A model generated the notes under the pieces. It was not told the DNA's origin. It made no database searches and saw only the letters and a program-made list of their open reading frames with translations. A program made the translations under genes and the position numbers. A stretch of DNA of 64,000 bases from Treponemataceae bacterium (GTDB lineage Bacteria > Spirochaetota > Spirochaetia > Treponematales > Rectinemataceae), in the NCBI GenBank assembly GCA_963678065.2, contig CAXXVZ010000004.1:480001-544000 (forward strand), given 5' to 3'. Below, one piece after another: positions 37,741-48,142 of the stretch. How positions within the stretch are numbered: position 1 is the first letter of the stretch; every line of letters starts with the position of its first letter.

Positions 37741-37824
37741 TGCCCAGAGGGGGACTTGAACCCCCAAGCCTGTGACGGCACTGGTACCTGAAACCAGCGT
37801 GTCTGCCAATTCCACCATCTGGGC
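37741..37824 (-). tRNA. tRNA-Leu (CAG)
   Basis: Reverse complement GCCCAGATGGTGGAATTGGCAGACACGCTGGT-TTCAGGT-ACCAGTGCC...GGTTCAAGTCCCCCTCTGGGCA: acceptor stem, CAG anticodon, long variable arm, T-loop; CCA not encoded. Confidence 0.95.
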
Positions 37825-38051
37825 TTATGCGTGGACAAAACTATACCGGGCGGCGCGGGGTTGTCAAGCCGGAAGATGCGGTTTCAGCGCGGTGCGGATA
37901 AAGCCGCTTTTATCGAAGTGGGCCAAAGCGACCGGAGTCTGGATAGGCAGCACCATTTCAAATATTGGGTAAATCGTTTCATATCTTGCGAATTCCGGCA
38001 AACGGGAGTACTATTTTCGGTACTTCGTATCAGATCCAGCAAGGAGCATGC

Positions 38052-39404
38052 ATGCAGCTATCAGCGTTTACGGGCGACATGTCGTCGATAGACTATGTCA
38101 GCTTCCTCGTCGTCGATATTAACGGCCAGCTCCATTCGGTGGCACTTCCACGGAGTTACGCGACTGAAAAGATCCTGAAGAACGGCATCGGATTCGACGC
38201 ATCCAACTTCGGCTACGCCAAAGTACACGCGAGCGACATGGTTGCCATACCGGATATGTCGACGGCCTTCGTCGAGACCAAGGACGGGTTCACTACCCTC
38301 CACGCCTTCTGCGAGGTCATGACTACGGAGGGCGCCGGATTCGACCAGTACCCGCGGACGATAGCCCGCAAGGCCGTCGAAAGGATGCGCGCGGCGGGTG
38401 TCGGCGAAGAGGCGAAGATGCTCATAGAACTCGAGTTCTACGTTTTCGACGATGCGAAATACTCCACCGAGATCGGCCATTCCTACTATTATGTTTCGAG
38501 CGCGGAGGGGATCGGCGAGGAATTCAGCGATTCTCCCAGGCTCGGACTCTCCAAGGGTTATCACCGCATGCCGCCCGAAGATCGCTACCTCCTGCTCAGA
38601 AACAAGGCGGTCCAGGCCATGCAGGACGCCGGTATCCCCGTCAAGTACCACCACCACGAGGTGGGCGCCGCCCAGCTCGAGATAGAACTCAACTTCCTCT
38701 CGCTGGAAAAAGCGGGCGATGCCGTCGTCCTCGGCAAGTGGATCATCCGCTGCGTGGCCGAAGAGCTGGGCCTCTACGTCACCTTCATGCCCAAGCCGAT
38801 GTACAGGATCGCGGGCTCGGGCATGCACGTCCACCAGTTCATCGAAAAGGGCGGAAAGAGCATCTTCCCGGGGGAGGAGATCTGCGGCCTCTCCCAGAAG
38901 GGACTCGCCTACACTGCCGGCATCCTCGAGCACGCCCTTTCGGGCTCCCTGCTCGCCTGGTCCAATCCGAGCACCAACTCCTACCGCCGCCTGGTGCCGG
39001 GCTACGAGGCCCCGGTCAGCGCGACCTTCGCTCAAGGGTCCCGCGCGGCCGCGGTGCGAATCCCCGGCTACCTCAAGAAGGGAGAGGCCAGGATCGAGTT
39101 CCGCACGGGCGACGCGACCGCCAATGTCTACTATTTCCTCGCGGCCATGCTTCTGGCCGGGATGGACGGAATTGCGCGCGAGCTCGACCCGGTGGCCTTG
39201 GGGTTCAGTGTTTCCAGGGAAACGAAGAAGAACACCTTCCCGACCGGTCTCTACCACGTGTTGCGCGGACTTGCGCGGGACAGAGACTACCTCGCGCCCG
39301 TCTTCCCGCCCGCCCTCATCGAGAGTTGGATCGCGCTCAAGGAGAAGGAAGCCGAGTACGTGTATAATGCCCCCGTTCCCCAGGAGTACGAGCTGTATTT
39401 CTGA
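38052..39404 (+). CDS. glnA: Glutamine synthetase, type I family
   Basis: GFDAS, ELEFY, HHHEV, QLEI, FMPKP, GSGMHVH, NSYRRLVPGYEAP, RIEFR; AAGGAG RBS. Confidence 0.85.
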   Translation: MQLSAFTGDMSSIDYVSFLVVDINGQLHSVALPRSYATEKILKNGIGFDASNFGYAKVHASDMVAIPDMSTAFVETKDGFTTLHAFCEVMTTEGAGFDQYPRTIARKAVERMRAAGVGEEAKMLIELEFYVFDDAKYSTEIGHSYYYVSSAEGIGEEFSDSPRLGLSKGYHRMPPEDRYLLLRNKAVQAMQDAGIPVKYHHHEVGAAQLEIELNFLSLEKAGDAVVLGKWIIRCVAEELGLYVTFMPKPMYRIAGSGMHVHQFIEKGGKSIFPGEEICGLSQKGLAYTAGILEHALSGSLLAWSNPSTNSYRRLVPGYEAPVSATFAQGSRAAAVRIPGYLKKGEARIEFRTGDATANVYYFLAAMLLAGMDGIARELDPVALGFSVSRETKKNTFPTGLYHVLRGLARDRDYLAPVFPPALIESWIALKEKEAEYVYNAPVPQEYELYF

Positions 39405-39420
39405 AGCCGCGACCATACAG

Positions 39421-39460
39421 AAGGACCGGCAGCCGAGACGGCCGCCGGTCCTTTTTATTT
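39421..39460 (+). terminator. Terminator between convergent glnA and ADH genes
   Basis: AAGGACCGGC...GCCGGTCCTTTTTATTT. Confidence 0.7.
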
Positions 39461-39482
39461 GTCAGGCGAGTGCCCGGAGCCG

Positions 39483-40655
39483 TCAGACGGCGGCCAGGCG
39501 AAGGATGGCCTCGACGTCGGCGCGGCGCAGGGTCTGGAAGCGTCCGACTGTGGCAGTGTCGCCGCGCGTGCACTTGTCGGCCATCTCCGGAATCCTGTCG
39601 GCGGGGATGCCCGCGTCTGCCAGACTCACCGGCATGCCGATGGAACGGTTGAATGCCTTGAGCCTCGCGATTCCATCCAGCGCGGCGCGCTCGGGATCGT
39701 CGAAGGCGCCCTTCACTCCCCAGACCTCGCTCGCGTAGCGCGCGAACCGGTTCACGTCGCGTTTGTAGTTGTAGAGCATCCAGGCGGGGAAGACGATGGC
39801 GAGCCCCGCGCCGTGGGCGAGGTCATAGATGGCCGAGATTTCATGCTCGATATCGTGTGTCGCCCAATCCCCGACGCGTCCGGTGCCGAGCATGTCGTTG
39901 TGCGCGAGCGTCCCCGACCACATGATCTCGGCGCGGGCAACGTAGTTTTCTGGCTCGGCGATGGCTATGGGGCCATTGCGGATGATTGTCCTGAGGAGGG
40001 CCTCCGCCATTCCGTCGGTGACTTCGACATTCCGGACGGTCGTGAAATAGCGCTCCATGATGTGGGCGGCCATGTCGACAACACCGCAGGCCGTCTGGTA
40101 AGGCGGAAGGGTGTAGGTGAGCTCCGGGTCGAGAAGGGAAAAGACGGGACGCATGATCACAGAGTCGCAGGCGCGCTTCAGCGCCTGCTCCTCGTCCGTG
40201 ATCACCGAGCCGGTGCTGGCCTCCGATCCGGCCGCGGGGATGGTCAGGACGGTCCCGACCCCGAGAGCCTTCGCCGGACTGGCTTTCCCGTCGTAGAAGT
40301 CCCAGACGTCGCCGTCGTAGAGCACTCCGACCGCGATGGCCTTGGCCGAATCGATGACGGAGCCGCCGCCGACGGCCAGTATGAAATCGAGCCCCTGAGA
40401 GCGGCAGAGGGCAATGCCCTCGCGCACGAGGGAGAGCCGGGGATTCGGTTTTACCCCGGATAATTCGACAAAGCTGACGCCGGCCTCTCTGAGACTCTCG
40501 AGAACGCGCGAAAGGAGTCCCGAACGTACGACTGAACCTCCCGCGTGGTGGACCAGAATGCGCTTCGAGCACTTTGCGGTTTCCAACCCGACCTGATCTT
40601 CGACCCCTCGTCCGAAAATTATCTTTGTCTTATTGCTGAACACGAAATTTTCCAT
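39483..40655 (-). CDS. Iron-containing alcohol dehydrogenase (BdhA/YqhD-like butanol dehydrogenase)
   Basis: TKIIFGRG, GVKPNP, AVGGGSVID, GDWATHDIEHE, HGAGLA. Confidence 0.92.
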   Translation of the reverse strand: MENFVFSNKTKIIFGRGVEDQVGLETAKCSKRILVHHAGGSVVRSGLLSRVLESLREAGVSFVELSGVKPNPRLSLVREGIALCRSQGLDFILAVGGGSVIDSAKAIAVGVLYDGDVWDFYDGKASPAKALGVGTVLTIPAAGSEASTGSVITDEEQALKRACDSVIMRPVFSLLDPELTYTLPPYQTACGVVDMAAHIMERYFTTVRNVEVTDGMAEALLRTIIRNGPIAIAEPENYVARAEIMWSGTLAHNDMLGTGRVGDWATHDIEHEISAIYDLAHGAGLAIVFPAWMLYNYKRDVNRFARYASEVWGVKGAFDDPERAALDGIARLKAFNRSIGMPVSLADAGIPADRIPEMADKCTRGDTATVGRFQTLRRADVEAILRLAAV

Positions 40656-40808
40656 TTTTTCTCCCTTCACTCAACGTTTACTGTCGATAGGCAGCCATCG
40701 CACCCTCTACGGAAGCGGCTTCCCACTGCGAATATACCGCCTGAGGCGACAGGCAGGCAACCTTGGGGGACTTTCACCCGCAAGTTGGTGCGCCCTGCCG
40801 GGCGCACC

Positions 40809-40837
40809 AAAAAAACCGCCCGGGGTGACCCGGGCGG
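40809..40837 (-). terminator. Terminator after the 5'-nucleotidase gene
   Basis: Minus strand CCGCCCGGG-loop-CCCGGGCGG-TTTTTTT. Confidence 0.8.
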
Positions 40838-40861
40838 CATCGCATCGCGTAGAACCTGCGC

Positions 40862-42382
40862 TTACTTCGTGTAGACGAGATTGTCGTTCGTGACCACGCC
40901 GAGATACTTGACGTAGGCCATGAGGACTTCGGCGTCGCTCGGGAAGTCGTTGTAGGCCCTTCCGGCGAGCATGGTGTAGCCGTCGCCACCGTTCATGTCG
41001 AAGTTGGGCGCCGCGAAGACATAGGTCTTACCCGGATCGACGGGTTTGCCGCCGATCATGATGTCGGATACGCGATCGCCGACGGGCTTCGTCGCGTCGA
41101 GCTTGTAGGTCATGCCCGCGAAGTGGGGGAAACGGCCGTCGAGTGCGGGGAGCTTGCCCACGCCGACTTCGATGATGGCGTCGAAGTCGGAGCCCTTGAG
41201 CTTGGTGGTCTGGTAGTAGTTGCCGAAGGGAAGCACCGTGAAGATGTGCCTCTTGGTGATGTCACCAGCAGGGATGGAGTCGCGGATTCCGCCGCCGCCG
41301 ATCATGGATACATCGGCGCCAGTCACGTAGATGATGCTGTTGGCGATAAGAGTTCCGAGATTGGATGCCGACATCCGGACGATCTCGCGCTTGCCCTCGA
41401 GGGGGACTGCTGTCTTGCCGACAACCTGGGCGAGGATGGGATCCTGGTCTTTGGTCACCGATTTGATGAGGGCGGCGACTCCCGGATCGGAGGGGAGGTT
41501 CGGGGTCGAGGCAGGAATGGAAGATGCTGTCTTGGAAACGAGCTTGCGGTCGGTCCCGACGACGAGATCGACGACGCCCATGGAGATGCCGTTGGCATCC
41601 GAGCTGGTGATCAGGGTCTTGGTGGTGTTGATCGCCATCTCCTGCTTCAGGCTGGAATGGCTGTGTCCGTCGAGGATCACGTCGATCTCGGGGACGGCTT
41701 TGGCGATATCGTCGGCGATGATGTCGGTCGAGCCATCGATTCCGATGTGGGCGAGGCAGACGAGGACGTCGTACTTGCCTGCGAGCTCATAGGCGACAGC
41801 CTCGGCCTCGGTGGCGGGGTTCGTGAACACGACGCCCTCTATGCCCTTGGGATCGGTCTTGTAGGCCGTCTCCGGGGTCGCGAGGCCGAATATGGCGACG
41901 CGCACGCCGCCGACATTCTCGATGGCCCAGGGGGTGAAGAGGCGTTTCCCGTCCCTGTAGACATTGGCGGCGAGGATCTTGAATTTCTTCGCCTGCTTCT
42001 CAAGTTCGAGAAGGCGGCCGATGCCGTAGTTGTAGTCGTGGTTGCCGGTCGTCATGTAGCTATAGCCGGCCGCGTCCATGAGCTTCACGATGCTGGCGCC
42101 CTGCTCGAGATTGGCTATGGGAAGACCGTGCAGGGTATCGCCCACGTCGAGAAGGAGAACATTGGGATTGGTCGCCTTGAGCATGTTGACGTAGCCTGAG
42201 ATCCTGTTGTAGCCGAGTTCGGTCTTGCTCTCGACCGCCCGGGAGTGCATGTCGTTGGTGTGGACGATGGTGATCTTCACTTCGGCGGGAAGCGGGGCCA
42301 GGTCGGCCGCGGAAACGGCCATGACGCCGGCGACGAGGAAGGCCACCATCAGAAGGAAGATGGCACGCGGATTCTTGCGCAT
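40862..42382 (-). CDS. Exported 5'-nucleotidase / UDP-sugar hydrolase family protein
   Basis: Signal peptide; HTNDMH, DVGD, GNHD, HIG, GHSH, GGIR, PFGN, GGDGY. Confidence 0.9.
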   Translation of the reverse strand: MRKNPRAIFLLMVAFLVAGVMAVSAADLAPLPAEVKITIVHTNDMHSRAVESKTELGYNRISGYVNMLKATNPNVLLLDVGDTLHGLPIANLEQGASIVKLMDAAGYSYMTTGNHDYNYGIGRLLELEKQAKKFKILAANVYRDGKRLFTPWAIENVGGVRVAIFGLATPETAYKTDPKGIEGVVFTNPATEAEAVAYELAGKYDVLVCLAHIGIDGSTDIIADDIAKAVPEIDVILDGHSHSSLKQEMAINTTKTLITSSDANGISMGVVDLVVGTDRKLVSKTASSIPASTPNLPSDPGVAALIKSVTKDQDPILAQVVGKTAVPLEGKREIVRMSASNLGTLIANSIIYVTGADVSMIGGGGIRDSIPAGDITKRHIFTVLPFGNYYQTTKLKGSDFDAIIEVGVGKLPALDGRFPHFAGMTYKLDATKPVGDRVSDIMIGGKPVDPGKTYVFAAPNFDMNGGDGYTMLAGRAYNDFPSDAEVLMAYVKYLGVVTNDNLVYTK

Positions 42383-42623
42383 TCTGGAACCTCCTTGAGA
42401 ACAATTGGGCTTTTGAATCGACAATTACATACTATAGACCCGCATCAGTTCCGGGACAAGCGAAAAACAGGTCCCTGACGGAAATTCAACAATCGACATA
42501 TCCCGCAGCGGGACGCGGGCATGAAATCCGCCCGCAGGTCGCGCTGTTGGTTTTCTGTATCCATCCACCCTCTATCCGTCGCCCATCCGCCGCCCCATGC
42601 ACTCCGTTTTTTCGCAACATCCC

Positions 42624-42644
42624 ATGACTAAACCGGTTAAGCAT
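42624..42644. promoter_or_regulatory. LacI-family-like operator upstream of malQ
   Basis: ATGACTAAACCGGTTAAGCAT next to TGCTATAAT (extended -10). Confidence 0.5.
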
Positions 42645-42695
42645 GCTATAATGATCAATATTTGGTAACGATCAGACCCAGCACAGGGGGCAGTC

Positions 42696-44309
42696 ATGGA
42701 CATGCAGCGCGTTTCGGGGATACTCCTCCACCCCGCATCGATACCGGGGCCGGCCGGTATGGGCGACCTCGGTCCGTCGACGCATGATTTCCTCCGGAGC
42801 CTCGCGCAGGCCGGCCAGAGGCTCTGGCAAATCCTGCCTCTCGGTCCGACCGGCTACGGCGATTCGCCCTACGCGCCTTTCTCCTCCTTCGCGGGCAACG
42901 AGCTGCTCGTCAGCCTCGAACTGCTCGCGGCCGAGGGTCTCCTCGGCGCAGCGGAGATCAGAAATCCGGGTTTCCCGGAGGACAGGATAGACTATGGCGC
43001 GGTGATCGCCTGGAAACGCCCCCTCCTCGAGGCGGCGGCTGCGGCCTTCATGCGCGTGGCCGCCCCCTTCCGGAAAGTCGCCCTGCAGGGCTTCCTGGCC
43101 AGGGAGGCTTTCTGGCTCGAGGATTACGCGCTCTTCAGGGCGATCAAGGACGGGTACGACGCCAAGGCCGCGATGGAAGGCCGCGATGGAGCCATGTGGA
43201 ACAGCTACTGGCCGAAGGAGCTGGTGCTGCGCGGGAGCGCCGCCCTCGAGGCAGAAAGGCAGAGACGTTCCGCCGCCATCATGACCTACAAGATCCTGCA
43301 GTTCTTCTTCGCCGAACAGTGGAAGGCGACAAAGACGGTCGCAAAAGGACTTGGCATCTCGATAGTAGGCGACCTGCCCATCTTCGTCGCGGCCGATTCG
43401 GCCGACTTGTGGTCGCATCCGGAGCTCTTCGTGCTCGACGCCGACCGCCGACTCGTCGAGGTCGCGGGCGTCCCCCCAGACTATTTCGCCAAGGACGGGC
43501 AGCTCTGGGGCAACCCCCTCTACGACTGGGAGGCCAACCGGAAGGAAGGATATGCCTGGTGGATCAGCCGGATCGAGGCCGGTCTGCGGCGCCACGACAT
43601 CCTCAGGATAGACCATTTCCGCGGTTTCGAGGCCTATTTCGCCGTCCCCGCCGGAGCCCGCGACGCGAGGGGCGGAACCTGGCGCTCGGGTCCCGGACGC
43701 GAGCTCTTCGATGCGCTTGTCCGCGCTCACTCAGGCGAAGGCGCGGCGGCCAGCCTCCCCATCATCGCGGAAGACCTCGGTTTCATCACAGCCGGCGTGA
43801 GGGAACTCCGCGACGGGCTCGGATTCCCGGGGATGCGGATACTCCAGTTCGCCTTTGACGCCCACGAGAGCAGCGTCGCCTTCGACCCCGGGAACGGATT
43901 TCTCCCCCACAACTACCCGGAACATGCGGTCGTATACACCGGAACCCACGACAACAACACCGTGCGCGGCTGGTGGGAAGGTGCGTCGCGCGAGGAGCGG
44001 GACTACACGCGCAGGTACATGGGTGTATCCGTGGACGAAAGGTCGCAGGTCGGCCCCGACGCCTCCAGGATCATGCCATCCACGCATCCCGTCTCGGAGG
44101 CCTTCATCAGGGAAGCCATGAAATCCGTGGCATCCTGGGCCGTGATACCCATGCAGGATATCCTCGGTCTCGGCTCCGAGGCCAGGATAAACACGCCATC
44201 CACGCTCGGAGGAAACTGGACCTGGCGCATGGCACCGGGCAGTTTCGATGGGGTTCGGGCCGCCGAACTGAGGGAGATGACCCGGCTGTACGGCCGACTG
44301 CGGGCCTGA
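42696..44309 (+). CDS. malQ: 4-alpha-glucanotransferase (amylomaltase, GH77)
   Basis: GILLHP, WQILPLGP, GDLPIFV, GVPPDYF, WGNP, RIDHFRG, AEDLG, GTHDN, NW.WR. Confidence 0.95.
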   Translation: MDMQRVSGILLHPASIPGPAGMGDLGPSTHDFLRSLAQAGQRLWQILPLGPTGYGDSPYAPFSSFAGNELLVSLELLAAEGLLGAAEIRNPGFPEDRIDYGAVIAWKRPLLEAAAAAFMRVAAPFRKVALQGFLAREAFWLEDYALFRAIKDGYDAKAAMEGRDGAMWNSYWPKELVLRGSAALEAERQRRSAAIMTYKILQFFFAEQWKATKTVAKGLGISIVGDLPIFVAADSADLWSHPELFVLDADRRLVEVAGVPPDYFAKDGQLWGNPLYDWEANRKEGYAWWISRIEAGLRRHDILRIDHFRGFEAYFAVPAGARDARGGTWRSGPGRELFDALVRAHSGEGAAASLPIIAEDLGFITAGVRELRDGLGFPGMRILQFAFDAHESSVAFDPGNGFLPHNYPEHAVVYTGTHDNNTVRGWWEGASREERDYTRRYMGVSVDERSQVGPDASRIMPSTHPVSEAFIREAMKSVASWAVIPMQDILGLGSEARINTPSTLGGNWTWRMAPGSFDGVRAAELREMTRLYGRLRA

Positions 44310-44391
44310 ATCCGCGACAAGACGGGCCTCCGTCTTGCGGGAGCGGAACCCCGATGTTCAAGTCCGCGATTCCTGCTATCATCGCTCCGAA

Positions 44392-46524
44392 ATGAGTCAT
44401 TCCACCCACCTCCGACCCTACCTCGCGGCGGTTTCTGCCTGTCTGTGCCTGCTCGCCGGGTTCTTTCTGATTCCTCGCCCGCTCCAGGCGGGCGATGGCG
44501 CCGGCACATCCGCGGCGTCTCCCCGCACGGCTGTTTCGCGCGACTCCGAGCCGCTCCCATCTATTCTGGCCGGATTCGACACCGGACTGTACCGGATTGC
44601 AGGGGAAGGGCGGCAGGTCGAGGCTCTCTGGACGGGCGGTGAGGTCCGCAAGATCGTTCCGATCTCCGGAGGGGGGTATTTTCTCGCATCCTCGGGAATC
44701 TTCCGTTACTTCACCGACGGCAGCGTCGAAGAGAGATCGGGAGGACTGCCGATCCACAGCTTCAAGTCCCTCAGCGGAGGGGTGAAATCGATGGAGAAAC
44801 GGAGGATCGAACTGAGGGATCTGGCCGTGGATCCGGCCGATCCACTGTCCCTCGCGACGGCCACCTCGAACGGAATCTTCCTTTCTAAAGACGGCGGTAT
44901 CAGCTGGACCTCTTTCGGATTTCCCGCCTCTTCGCCCGGAGCCAAGGCCCTCGCCTTTGCCCCCTTCCCGGGCTCGAGGGAAAAGGCTCTCTGGTTCTCT
45001 CAGCCGATAAAAGGCGTCTTCGTCAGGAAAATCCTGGCCGGCTCGGCCTGGACAGCCTGCAATCAGGGGTTGCCGCGTCTCTCCGCCACGACAATGGATG
45101 AAATCTCCGGATTTGTGGCGGGACCGGATGCGCTCTACGCTGCGACAACTTTCTCCGGAAAAATTTTCCGTTTCGACGACCGGACAATGAGCTTCGGGCC
45201 CGTCTTCGACGCCCGGGACGAGTACTGCATCATCGAATCTCCCGTGACGGCCGGAGATGGCGCGATCCGCTATCTGAGCGCGGATGGAATCCATATCCTC
45301 GTCCCCGGCCGCAGTTCCTCCGGGGCTCCCGCGGCCTCAGCGCTGGACGGTCCTGTCGTGACACTCGTCCGGGAGGCCTTGGACGCCCTGCCCGAAGCCT
45401 CGCTCAACTGCGTGTCTTTCATGCAAGGAGAAAAGAATATCGCGCTTTCAGAACTCTGGATGCTTCATCAGCCGGCTTTCAAGCCGCACAGGCAGGAGGC
45501 GGAGAAGCGCGACGGCCTGTACCTCCAGACAGGATTCGTCCTGTCGCCGAAGGATCGCGCGGCGCGATTCGACACGCTGAAGGCCAAAGGCCTCGGAGCC
45601 CTCGTCGTCGACGCGAAGGACGATTCCGGAAAACTCAGGTTCAAACCCAGGGCAGCTTCGCTTCAGAGCGCCGGCTCGGTCGCCGATCCTTTCGACTTGG
45701 AAGAGTTCACAAAGGAAGCGCGCGCGCGCGGCCTGTATCTCATCGCGAGGATCGTCGTATTCAAAGACGAGGCCCTCTGGCGTAAGTCGAACGGCCGCTA
45801 CTCCATCCGCGACGCTGCTTCAGGCGCGGCCTGGCAAGGATACAGGACGGTACGCAAGGATGCACAGTCCGCACCGGAGCGCAAGGCCATCGGCGAGTAC
45901 TGGGTCGATCCCTACTCCGAGGAAGTCTGGAAATACAATGTCGATATCGCCGACGAAATGATCTCGCGCGGTTTCGACGAGATCCAGTTCGACTACATCC
46001 GCTTCCCCACGGACGGCGAGAATCTCGACAAGGCCGTCTACAGTTGGGCCGATCCCGGCATGGACGCCGAGAGCGCCCTCATCTCCTTCCTCGCCTACGC
46101 CCGGGAGAATATAGACGCGCCCATCAGCGTCGATATATACGGCTCGAATGGCTGGTACCGCTCGGGCATCAAGACCGGCCAGGACGTCGAACTGTTCTCC
46201 CGCTACGTCGACGCGATCTGTCCCATGTTCTACCCCTCGCACTTCGAGCAGGGATTCCAGGCCGATCCGCCGGCCGCAGACCGACCCTACCGTATCTACC
46301 GCATGGGTTCCCTCCGGAACCGCCATTTTGCCCGCGGTGCCGCGATCATCCGGCCCTGGGTACAGTCCTTCTATCTGGATGTCTCCTACGACCGCGAGTA
46401 CTACAACACGGAGTATGTCCGGAAAGAAGTTCTCGGTATCAGGGACTCGACCGCAGACGGCATGACGTTCTGGAACAATGTCGGCAGGTACGACGAAGTG
46501 CCCGCCGGCTTGCCCTCGCACTGA
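44392..46524 (+). CDS. Exported putative glycoside hydrolase (DUF4015-like C-terminal domain) with an N-terminal beta-propeller-like region
   Basis: Signal-like N-terminus; SKDGGISW Asp-box; VDAKDD.G, ARIVVFKD, WVDP, GFDEIQFDYIRFP, PMFYPSH, RPWVQ. Confidence 0.75.
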   Translation: MSHSTHLRPYLAAVSACLCLLAGFFLIPRPLQAGDGAGTSAASPRTAVSRDSEPLPSILAGFDTGLYRIAGEGRQVEALWTGGEVRKIVPISGGGYFLASSGIFRYFTDGSVEERSGGLPIHSFKSLSGGVKSMEKRRIELRDLAVDPADPLSLATATSNGIFLSKDGGISWTSFGFPASSPGAKALAFAPFPGSREKALWFSQPIKGVFVRKILAGSAWTACNQGLPRLSATTMDEISGFVAGPDALYAATTFSGKIFRFDDRTMSFGPVFDARDEYCIIESPVTAGDGAIRYLSADGIHILVPGRSSSGAPAASALDGPVVTLVREALDALPEASLNCVSFMQGEKNIALSELWMLHQPAFKPHRQEAEKRDGLYLQTGFVLSPKDRAARFDTLKAKGLGALVVDAKDDSGKLRFKPRAASLQSAGSVADPFDLEEFTKEARARGLYLIARIVVFKDEALWRKSNGRYSIRDAASGAAWQGYRTVRKDAQSAPERKAIGEYWVDPYSEEVWKYNVDIADEMISRGFDEIQFDYIRFPTDGENLDKAVYSWADPGMDAESALISFLAYARENIDAPISVDIYGSNGWYRSGIKTGQDVELFSRYVDAICPMFYPSHFEQGFQADPPAADRPYRIYRMGSLRNRHFARGAAIIRPWVQSFYLDVSYDREYYNTEYVRKEVLGIRDSTADGMTFWNNVGRYDEVPAGLPSH

Positions 46525-46595
46525 GAGGCGGCTATGCTGTCGGTTTGAGGCTCCGCGGACCGGAAAAATGACCGGACCGCTCCAGGGGGAACGCG

Positions 46596-47879
46596 ATGAC
46601 GAAAAAAAACAGGAATTCGCTGGTGCTATCGGGACTGGCCGCCGTCGTCTTCATCGGCATGGTCCTCTACCTCCTCGGCCTCCAGGGCATGAAGGGGCTC
46701 TTCACCTGGTATATCCGGATTCCGCTCGTTCCCGTGGCCGTCGCAGTCGCCCTTCCAGTGCTGCTCGCCCTCGCCGAACTCCTGTTGCGCGACGGATCAG
46801 GCATCGCGGCGAAGATCCTCCGCTGGCTCTCCCGCATCGGCGCCATCCTTGTCATGCTCGTCGCCTGCGGAGTCTTCGGATACCTGTATTTCACGCCCCG
46901 TTCCGGGCGGATCGATCCTGCGAGGCTCAACCTGATCGAGCCGGCTTCCGGCATCGCGCCGAAAAGCGCGGCCGCCGCTCCGGGTGGCGCCGCCACAGGC
47001 AATGCCGCTTCGGTCAGCGCCGGTACAAGCGGCACAGCCGCCGGCGCCGTGGCTTCCGTCATCCGCATATCCCTCAGTTCCGACGCCCACTGGGGCAAGG
47101 CGAACGCGAACGCGGCCGCCCGCGAATCGATCCTGAAGGGGATCGCCTCCGCCAGCCCCGCGCGCGACGCATTTTTCCTCCTCGGCGACAATGTCGAGCT
47201 CGGCATGGAGACAGTTCAGTGGAAGTCCGAAATCGCCGATCTCGAGCGTCTGATTCCCACCCTGCCCTTCCGTCCCCTCCTCGGGAACCACGACGCCATC
47301 GCGGGCGGAGAGTACAACTTCAGGCGGGCATTCTTTCCCGCGGGCATGAAGAGCGATTCGGGATCTCCTTACTATTATTCGGTCAAAGTCGGCGAAGCGA
47401 CATTCGTCGTGCTGAATCTTCCCTGGGGAACCGAGAATTACGACAGCCGCCAGGCAGCCTGGCTCGAAAAGACTCTGGCCGCCATCCCTCAGGAAAAGCC
47501 TGTCATCGTCCTCTCGCACAGCTACTTCTACGCATCGGGCTACAATGATCCAAGAACCGGGGTGCCGTGGTTCGACCATCCCGAAAACATTCCCGCCATC
47601 AGCCCCATCCTCGAGAAGTACAAAGTCGACCTCGTCGTCTCCGGGCACAACCATTATATGGAGCTTCTCGCCAAAAACGGCGTGGCCTACGCGGTGATCG
47701 GCTCCATGGGCGGTATCCCCGACCCGGTGCCGTCGTACACATCGCCCGCTTCGCTCTGGTTCAGACAGGGCGGCTTCGGCTGGCTCGACCTCGACATCGA
47801 CGCCACCTCCATCAAGCTCACATTCCGGGACGAACATGGGACCGAACTGAAAACGGCGACCCTCCCCACGGCGCGCTGA
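46596..47879 (+). CDS. Membrane-anchored calcineurin-like metallophosphoesterase
   Basis: Three N-terminal hydrophobic helices, Ala/Gly linker; SDAH, GD, GNHD, SH, SGHNH. Confidence 0.85.
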   Translation: MTKKNRNSLVLSGLAAVVFIGMVLYLLGLQGMKGLFTWYIRIPLVPVAVAVALPVLLALAELLLRDGSGIAAKILRWLSRIGAILVMLVACGVFGYLYFTPRSGRIDPARLNLIEPASGIAPKSAAAAPGGAATGNAASVSAGTSGTAAGAVASVIRISLSSDAHWGKANANAAARESILKGIASASPARDAFFLLGDNVELGMETVQWKSEIADLERLIPTLPFRPLLGNHDAIAGGEYNFRRAFFPAGMKSDSGSPYYYSVKVGEATFVVLNLPWGTENYDSRQAAWLEKTLAAIPQEKPVIVLSHSYFYASGYNDPRTGVPWFDHPENIPAISPILEKYKVDLVVSGHNHYMELLAKNGVAYAVIGSMGGIPDPVPSYTSPASLWFRQGGFGWLDLDIDATSIKLTFRDEHGTELKTATLPTAR

Positions 47880-48071
47880 CCGCACCGCACTCTTCGCCCA
47901 GTCATCGTTTCCGGCAGAATGCCGGAGGCGGCCATCGGACAGCTCCGAGCCTCCCCATCCGTGATCTCGTGGTTTGTCCATGGCCTGTCCGCTTTCGACA
48001 GGCCTCGATTTACTCGATCGCGCGGGATTAAAAGCGCGGGGTTAAAAAGAGCGAATCCGGAAAGAAAAAAT

Positions 48072-48127
48072 TTGACAAACCGAAAATGTCATGTATTAAT
48101 ACTACATGTTGTGTTTTATTACTACAT
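48072..48127 (+). promoter_or_regulatory. Promoter with RpiR/HexR-like operators upstream of the TRAP operon
   Basis: TTGACA at 48072; ATGTATTAATACTACAT (48091-48107) and a second TGTTTTATTACTACA (48112-48126). Confidence 0.6.
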
Positions 48128-48142
48128 TTTATGGAGGTTGTC

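Noticed and set aside
37700..37830. Active integrative element at tRNA-Leu
   Set aside because: No integrase or transposase, and no direct repeat of the tRNA 3' end was found in the window by eye
40660..40800. Possible riboswitch upstream of the butanol dehydrogenase-like gene
   Set aside because: GC-rich sequence with no recognisable aptamer consensus; an Rfam scan would be needed
40862..42382. 5'-nucleotidase as a member of the nucleoside regulon
   Set aside because: It is separated by tRNA, glnA and ADH and has no GTATAC-W-GTATAC operator upstream
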